In this document: positions 62,056-64,000 of the stretch, one piece after another
How the letters are laid out: each line of letters begins with the position of its first letter
Position numbering within the stretch: the first letter of the stretch is position 1
DNA from: Eledone cirrhosa
Lineage: Eukaryota
Assembly: GCA_964016885.1 (NCBI GenBank)
Contig: OZ024740.1
Coordinates: 377,022,001 to 377,086,000 of the forward strand
Direction of reading: 5' to 3'
Length of the DNA stretch: 64,000 nucleotides
The notes under the pieces: model-generated
The model's input: the letters and a program-made list of their open reading frames with translations, nothing else
What the model was told of the DNA's origin: nothing
Databases searched by the model: none
Made by a program: the position numbers and the translations under genes

Positions 62056-63277
62056 TCGACCGCTATATAGTCATTGCTAATTCATCTAATGCTAGTGTTT
62101 TGATATTCAATAAGTCAAGAACATAAGTCATTTCTTGATATATAACATTGGGATAAAACTAAGTGTCTTTTGTTGTTGATTTTAATTTATGGAGTAGGGG
62201 CAATTAAATCGAGCTTGTATTTTACTGGTAATTATTTTATCAGCAGTGTAAATTGAAAACCAAAGTAGATCCCAGTCATATTTCCTCTCAGAAATATAGT
62301 GATGTATCTAAATTCCCTGCATTTTACCAAAAACCCTTTTTCTAGCTGTCTTAAAATTTAATTTCTTTTTATTCAAGGGAATTTGTCGATTCATCCTTCA
62401 CCCTACTGCCTGATATTTTTGTTATCGATCTCATAATTACAAAGTATAAGGTGGATGTAAAGGTATTCGAACGTAGATTGTAAAGAAACTGCCCTCTTCA
62501 TATCGAATATTAATTTTATACAAAGTTAATTTCTGTGGAGAGGAAAAGTATAGTCAATGAGTCTACCATTTGTCCCTTTTTCTTCGATTCCAGAGAAATG
62601 CGAATAAATAATATAATTATAAAGAAGAATCCAATGAAGTTCAAACTAACATTTTGTGAAGGGGTGGATATTGAATGAACTTCTTTGCTATATTATTTAT
62701 TTAAAATCGACTACAAACGAATTTAAGCACAGAGCCAAATATATACTTAACATATAGCCCCTATATAAGGTTATAAGTTCAAAAATAACGTTACTTTTCA
62801 TTGACTTGTTATTTGAAAAGACGCGATATTTAATCTCACGATTAACATATCAGCAGCCAATACTGAAACATTGTGATAAATAATCAACAGAGATTATCCT
62901 CGCAATTTCGAGACCCGAAATTCTAGGTTTATCTATTTATTCGGAGATAATTAAAGACAATGGAATTGGACTATAAACCCACTTGGTGAAGGCACCCCAA
63001 TCATTTGGATCATAATTAATCTCCTACTTAGCAATTTGGTTAGACTATATACACACGCAGCTAACTAAATACGCACCTTTTTTTCCTCACATTTTTTTCC
63101 GTTACTTCCTTTTCTCACTCTCTATCTTTCTATTTCATCTTTTGTTTTTCATTCTATCTTCTGATGAAGGACTAGTGTTTAAAGCATTAAACTAATATAT
63201 TTCTTGATTGTACTGTCGGTTGCTTTGACATTTCTGTTTACTTTTTACGTATATATATAAATATATATATATATAAT

Positions 63278-63455
63278 CAAAGAAAGTGTGGTAAAAAACA
63301 AGTTGGACTATAACGCACCAGAGTACTCGATACTTAGGGTAGTAGAGTGGGTAATAAGCAAATAAGATAGCTGAGCTCTGTCCGTTTCGACAGCTAGATT
63401 CGAACAGCTGTCGATACGGCCGGAGCTCAGCCGTCAGATTCCTGACACTTTTCCT
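63278..63455. repeat. Penelope pLTR-type repeat in inverted arrangement, flanked by (TA)n
   Basis: 26-bp inverted arms at 63370-63395 and 63406-63431; same family as 2464 and 24165. Confidence 0.6.
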
Positions 63456-63802
63456 ATATATATATATATCATCTACAAATATTTCTCCTTTAGGCGTGTG
63501 CTTTTTAATGAATAAAAATGAACCACTTAGAAACACTACCAAAGACGTTGTAGCCTGGCAGACGTAAGGGATGATCATGATTTTGATATGATATTTGTAA
63601 GACATCTCTCAAACAAATTAGATATAGAAAAGGTGATCCATAGAATAGCCACCTAAAAATAAAATAAAAAACTACCCTTACCCACCACACCAAAAAAACA
63701 ATGATTACTCCATTCAAATCAGAAATAATTGGTAGGAAACTCTTGCCAATGCAGATGGGAAAAACCAAATTAATATTCGTTTAAATATGTTGGTGTTAGC
63801 TC

Positions 63803-63890
<88 letters not shown>

Positions 63891-64000
63891 TGTTGAGCGC
63901 TTTACATTATAACTGAAAAAATGGAATTCTTTAAGATCTCTTCTTCTCTAAAAGACATAAAAATAAGACTCTTTTATAAGAAGAATCAGGTGGCGTGCTT

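Noticed and set aside
63161-63195. ctgatga followed by a possible stem
   Set aside because: No GAAA and no convincing stem II.

Overview
AT-rich, microsatellite-dense animal genomic DNA, not prokaryotic. The repeat types suggest a mollusc, plausibly an octopus (inference, not verified). No host protein-coding gene can be firmly supported; two weak exon candidates are noted. The window is dominated by non-LTR retroelements: two Penelope-like elements (RT + GIY-YIG, with hammerhead-like motifs), RTE-clade LINEs (one with three C-terminal C2H2 fingers, split by a ~6.15 kb inversion), several L1/Tx1-clade LINEs (one with an intact 1139-aa ORF2), R4/Dong-type RLE LINEs and many copies of a tRNA-derived SINE. 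The most striking structure is a ~23 kb array (32.5-55.5 kb) in which Dong-type elements (+ strand) and Tx1 elements plus most of the SINEs (- strand) are stacked with (AAT)n spacers. The SINE 3' tail resembles the Tx1 3' tail. Both Tx1 families carry a perfect splice donor at the ORF1 stop, suggesting ORF2 may be removable as an intron.
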